Below, one piece after another: positions 16,885 through 21,274 of a stretch of 21,274 nt of DNA; position 1 is the stretch's first letter; the number at the start of each line of letters is the position of its first letter. The notes below the pieces were generated by a model that did no database searches, was not told the DNA's origin, and saw only the letters and a list, made by a program, of their open reading frames with translations. Origin of the DNA: Prasinococcaceae sp. CCMP 1430 (taxonomy: Eukaryota > Plantae > Prasinodermophyta); contig RQSC01000005.1 in NCBI GenBank assembly GCA_013416795.1, positions 207,393 through 228,666 on the forward strand, given 5' to 3'. Position numbers and translations under genes: made by a program.

Positions 16885-17472
16885 CTAGATGTCGCCGCGG
16901 ACAGCCCTGTGCGCGCGCCGCCGTCGTCAGCACATTGCGCGCGGCGTGGTCTCTACGCAGCGGGGGCGGGCTCGCACATGGCGCACCTGCTCCCGATGGC
17001 GTAGGCCGGATCGGTCGTGTCAGGACCTCCGAGCGGCACCCCGAAGACATCCTCCTGCAGCAGCACAGCCGCCTTCTGCAGGACTACTCCCACTGCGACC
17101 TGGCTGACGCCGAACACGATGATCTGTAGGAAAAAGTAGGCTTTGCCGGTGCGCCTGCCAATGTGCGCATGGGCACGCGTGGGGGCGCAGCGAGGGACCA
17201 CCGCATCAGCGAGTCACGCACGGGCAAACGCAGCGCGCACAGGCGGCGCGCACGGAGCGCTCACACGCACTTGCTGATGTACCACGGAACATCCTCGTCG
17301 GTGGCCTTGGCGCTCGCCCGACCCCTCTTCTGCGGCGCGCCCTTGCCCTTGGCCTGCTTCGCTCCACCGCCGCCGCCGAAGAGCGCGCGAGCGCGCGCGC
17401 GGCGCGGGGCGCGGGGCGCTGCGCGCCGGCGGCCGCGGCGCGCGTGGCGCGCGGCAGCGCCACCGCCTGCAT
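16885..17472 (-). CDS. Small orphan plastid-targeted single-TM protein; exons 17472-17271, 17154-16987 and 16906-16885, with an apparent 2-nt frameshift in the (GC)5 run 17391-17400
   Basis: Both introns are phase-compatible with GTGCG donors, CTGAY branches and CAG acceptors. The joined product is ..ALFGGGGG..EDVPWYISK|RTGKAYFFLQIIVFGVSQVAVGVVL..AIGSR|AVRGDI*. The transit-peptide-like MQAVALPRATRAAAAGAQRPAPRAAR lies in the adjacent frame. Confidence 0.7.
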
Positions 17473-17732
17473 CGGCGCTCGATGGATTGGCGCGCGGGTG
17501 GGTGGGCAGAAGGGAGCGGAAGAGGCGCGGCGCTGCGCCCGCTGTGTGGCACGCCCGCCAGCGCGCCTGGGCCACTCATCTGCCGCAGATTCGGATTTGC
17601 CGGATATCTGGATATGACGGGGCCGGGACAGTTCATTCACGCCGTGTGTGTTTTCTTACGGGCCGCGCCCCCCCCCCCCGCGCGCGCCACCGCCACCGCA
17701 GCCGCCCCAACACACACATTCGGGCCGCGGGC

Positions 17733-20297
17733 TCAAGCGCGCGTGTACACGTACACGTAGCCAAGGCCCAGCGGGGGGCTCTGGCTCTTCATGACTTTGT
17801 TGTCGTTCAGGAGCGTGTAAGAGCCGTCGGGCTCCCTCCTGTGTGCCACGTAATGGCCGGCGTGCACGGACGACCCCATGTGGGAGCACATCGCGCGCAG
17901 GCGGTACTTGCCAGCGCCATCGGTGAGAGCACGTGCCGGCGCGCTGCTGGCGGCAGCATCAGCGCCGCCGTCGATATCCATTGACACGGCGCCATTGAAG
18001 AGCGCGTCCGCCGCGCGCTCGATGTTGTTGTCGCACTGCTCGAGGGCACGCCTCGCGAGTGGCGCATCGAATCCCATCGCCACAAGCATCTCGACAGACT
18101 CCGCTGGTGGCTCCGGCTTGCCGCCGCCACCTGCACCTGCCGGCGCGGCCGGCACGATGGGGGCGTCAATGTCAGGGTCGTCCATGTGCTCGAGCAGCCA
18201 ATTCATCGCCATGTCCGCGTTTGAGTTCTGTGTGGCGAGCGCAGCCTTCTGGCAGCGAATCTCAGGGAAGCCCATCGACGCCAGCTGTGCGACGATGGAG
18301 GGGTCTGCCTGCGGAGCCGCGGCCGCGGCGGGCGCCGCTTCAAACGCGACAGCGTCGGCCGAGCCTTCCTCTGGCAGCGCCTCCTCTCCCGGCCGGACCC
18401 CTCCGTCGCCGGGCGAGCGCACGCCCAGCGTGCCGAGATCGAGCTCCTCCGGCACGTCCAGCTCCACATCTAGCTTGGTGGGCACCCAGTTGTCCCCCAC
18501 CACGAACTTCTTCACGTGAATCACCAGCGTGTCTGGGTACGAGAGCATGCTCATGGACTTGAGCGCCACCCCACGCTTGCCCGTGGCGGTGCTCATGAAG
18601 CCGTCGACGCGCTCTTGTCCTACCATGGCCGCGAGGCATGCGGTCAGCGGCACCTTGGGCCGCACGACCGTCGCCGCGTCGACCTTCTGGCCCGCCGCCT
18701 CGACGGCAGCCTTGTGCTCCTCGAAGGCGGCAACCTCCGCCTTGTTTACGGCCGCCTCGAGCGGCACCGGCACGCTGAGGGCATTCTCCTCACGCGAGAC
18801 GTACCGCACCTTGCCCGACGCCTCGCACTGCGTGCGCTCTTCGACCTTGAACGAAGACGCCAAGGACGGGTCGGTGGCCGTGGTTGCCTGTGCGCCGCTG
18901 CTTGAAGCACGCGCGTGCTCGCCGCGCTCGACGAGCTGCAAGAGCCACTGGTAGAACTCGAAGGCGTCCTGTTGACGCCCCGTGCTGAACTCGGCATGCC
19001 CAGCGCCAGCAAAATTTTTGAATGCCCTCGGGGAGACACCGTTGCCGCCCGGCCCGTCGCCGCCCTCGGCGCCCGCAGTGCCCTCCGCGGGGGGCTTAGA
19101 ATAGTCGCCTGACAGCAGCCCATGGCCGAGCTTGCACATTTGAAGTGCAAAGTCGGCGGACGGGTCGGAGGGCGCCGCCTCGAAGGCTGCGCGCAGCGCC
19201 TCCGCGGAGCCGTATCTGGTCGCGAAGGCTTCGGTGGCGAACATCGCCTGGATCACCGATGCCATGTAGCACGAGTTGCCCAGATTCTTCATGCCTGTGA
19301 AGCCCGGGCCGTACAGCGGCTCGAGGACCTTGCCCTCCTCGGTGAGCTTGGAGAAGTCGAATGCAACATTCATGTCAAGCTCCAGCTCCGCCATGGACTT
19401 ATCCGTCTTCGTCATCTGCATGACGTCGATGCCCCAGTGCGCGAGGTGCTTGGCGAGGTGCGGGTCCTCGACGAGATCGTTTTCGTCCGGTGCGTACGAG
19501 AACACGTCCGCGCCCTCCGGCGTGATCGTACCGAGCTTGACTGCCAGCGGGTACTTGCTCCCAGTGGCCTCGTAGTGCGTGAGTGCCGCACCAGTACCAC
19601 CCGAGCCATCCCAGTTACGTCGCCCGCTGCCGATGTGGCCCGTGCTAAGGTTGAGCCACAGATTCTCGGTCATGCCCGACTCTTCGCACTTCCACGTTGT
19701 CGGGTCAGGCGAAATCTTGACGCCGTTGTCCAGCTGCTCCAGGCTCTCCGCATACTTGGACACCTTGCGCTCTTCGTCGGCGACGAAGGCGTCGACCGCG
19801 GCGGTGCGCTCGGCGCCCGCCGCGGCCAGCACGCCGTTGGCCGCCTCAATCACGCGCTCAGGCAGCGCCGCGTTTGGGAAGGGCACCTCCTCGAACTCTG
19901 GCAGCACGACGACAGCGTAGCTCTCCTCATAGTCGTCCTCCCCCGGCCCAGTGCCCCCGCCAAAGCCGCCGTCCACCCCCACGCCGAGCACGGTGGGCGA
20001 TGGAGCGGGCTTCTTCTGCAGCGGCTGGCCGTCCGAGGCGCGCGTGTCGTCACCGGCGTCGTCCTTCTTTTCCTTGAGCGTGCGCGTGATGCGCAGGTAC
20101 ACCGGGTTGCCCGTTTTGGCGAGGTTCGCCTCGACGTAGCGCCGCCCGAATGCCACGTGCGACGCCAGGTCCACGAAGAGCCCACCGGGGGACTCGGCAT
20201 CGTCGAACGAGAGCGCGCACTCCTGCTTGTACACGCGTGCCCCCGCCGCAGGGATGCGCACGCGCTCCATGAGCAGCGGCCCGCGGAGCCGATCCAT
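17733..20297 (-). CDS. UBP14: Ubiquitin C-terminal hydrolase USP5/UBP14 (isopeptidase T), 854 aa, intronless
   Basis: VYKQEC..SFD, ZnF-UBP-type LWLNL..G..G.GR..WDGSGG..YPLAVKLGTIT, Cys box GMKNLGNSCY, QQDAFEF, two UBA domains (MGFP..CQKA; MGF..ARRAL) and His box HMGSSVHAGHYVAH. ATG at 20297. Confidence 0.96.
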   Translation of the reverse strand: MDRLRGPLLMERVRIPAAGARVYKQECALSFDDAESPGGLFVDLASHVAFGRRYVEANLAKTGNPVYLRITRTLKEKKDDAGDDTRASDGQPLQKKPAPSPTVLGVGVDGGFGGGTGPGEDDYEESYAVVVLPEFEEVPFPNAALPERVIEAANGVLAAAGAERTAAVDAFVADEERKVSKYAESLEQLDNGVKISPDPTTWKCEESGMTENLWLNLSTGHIGSGRRNWDGSGGTGAALTHYEATGSKYPLAVKLGTITPEGADVFSYAPDENDLVEDPHLAKHLAHWGIDVMQMTKTDKSMAELELDMNVAFDFSKLTEEGKVLEPLYGPGFTGMKNLGNSCYMASVIQAMFATEAFATRYGSAEALRAAFEAAPSDPSADFALQMCKLGHGLLSGDYSKPPAEGTAGAEGGDGPGGNGVSPRAFKNFAGAGHAEFSTGRQQDAFEFYQWLLQLVERGEHARASSSGAQATTATDPSLASSFKVEERTQCEASGKVRYVSREENALSVPVPLEAAVNKAEVAAFEEHKAAVEAAGQKVDAATVVRPKVPLTACLAAMVGQERVDGFMSTATGKRGVALKSMSMLSYPDTLVIHVKKFVVGDNWVPTKLDVELDVPEELDLGTLGVRSPGDGGVRPGEEALPEEGSADAVAFEAAPAAAAAPQADPSIVAQLASMGFPEIRCQKAALATQNSNADMAMNWLLEHMDDPDIDAPIVPAAPAGAGGGGKPEPPAESVEMLVAMGFDAPLARRALEQCDNNIERAADALFNGAVSMDIDGGADAAASSAPARALTDGAGKYRLRAMCSHMGSSVHAGHYVAHRREPDGSYTLLNDNKVMKSQSPPLGLGYVYVYTRA

Positions 20298-20778
20298 ATT
20301 CCCCTGCCCCCCGCGCCCTCCCTCCCCCGTGCGACGCCGAAAATGCCGGCTCGGGGCGGTAGCTGTTGGGGTGGAAGGGCGATCGGCGCCGCAGCCTCGC
20401 CTGTCGCAACCCCCACGCCTCCCCACGCCCCTCTTCGCACTCCCGCCCCTTCCCCCAGCCCTCCCGCCGCCGCGCGGCGCCGCACCGCGCGTTGAGTGTG
20501 TGGCGCGCGCGGCAAACAGATCCGCCTGCCATCAAATCGCACCGCGCGAATGTCACCCCCACCTGAGAGTACAAAAAGTCGAAAATGATCAGCATTACCC
20601 ACGGGCGATTACAATCACCGCACCGTTTTGCTCTGGTCGGTGCGCATCCGAAGCGACCTTACTGTACTTCCCCGGCGTCGCCGCGGCTGTTGGGCGCGCG
20701 GCCACTGCGCGTTGGCGGGCGCACACCGCGCGCGCTCTGTGGTGCGCCTCCTGCGACAGCAGGGGGGCGCCAGCCCCC

Positions 20779-21274
<496 letters not shown>

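Noticed and set aside
20609-20770. Minus-strand terminal exon ending just before TGTAA (20609-20613)
   Set aside because: The short open frame is low-complexity and its upstream part is lost in poly-C, so it cannot be supported.

Overview
Eukaryotic, very GC-rich, gene-dense genomic window. It is most likely from a prasinophyte-grade green alga. This is inferred from plastid transit peptides, plant-type genes, TGTAA poly(A) signals, short introns with GTGCG/GTGAG donors and GCTGAC-like branch points, and a cilium gene. About 14 protein-coding loci are supported: a chimeric TauD-half/VOC(glyoxalase) gene, an orphan type-I membrane protein, a secreted Kelch protein ending in a bacterial-type dockerin, a half YeeE/YedE sulfur transporter, WDR74/NSA1, RPS11, two partial genes around a single N, plastid dPGM (gpmA), a NELF-A N-terminal-domain-like protein, a DUF1992 gene with an in-frame TAG, a MATE transporter, TMEM231, a small orphan plastid membrane protein and USP5/UBP14. 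Most ORFs in the supplied track are GC-rich shadow ORFs. The most notable observations are the NELF-A-like protein, the Kelch-dockerin protein and the TauD/VOC chimera. All family assignments are by eye, with no database search. The assembly has gaps (523 N, 31 N, two single Ns that probably hide sequence) and a terminal poly-C run that is probably an artefact.
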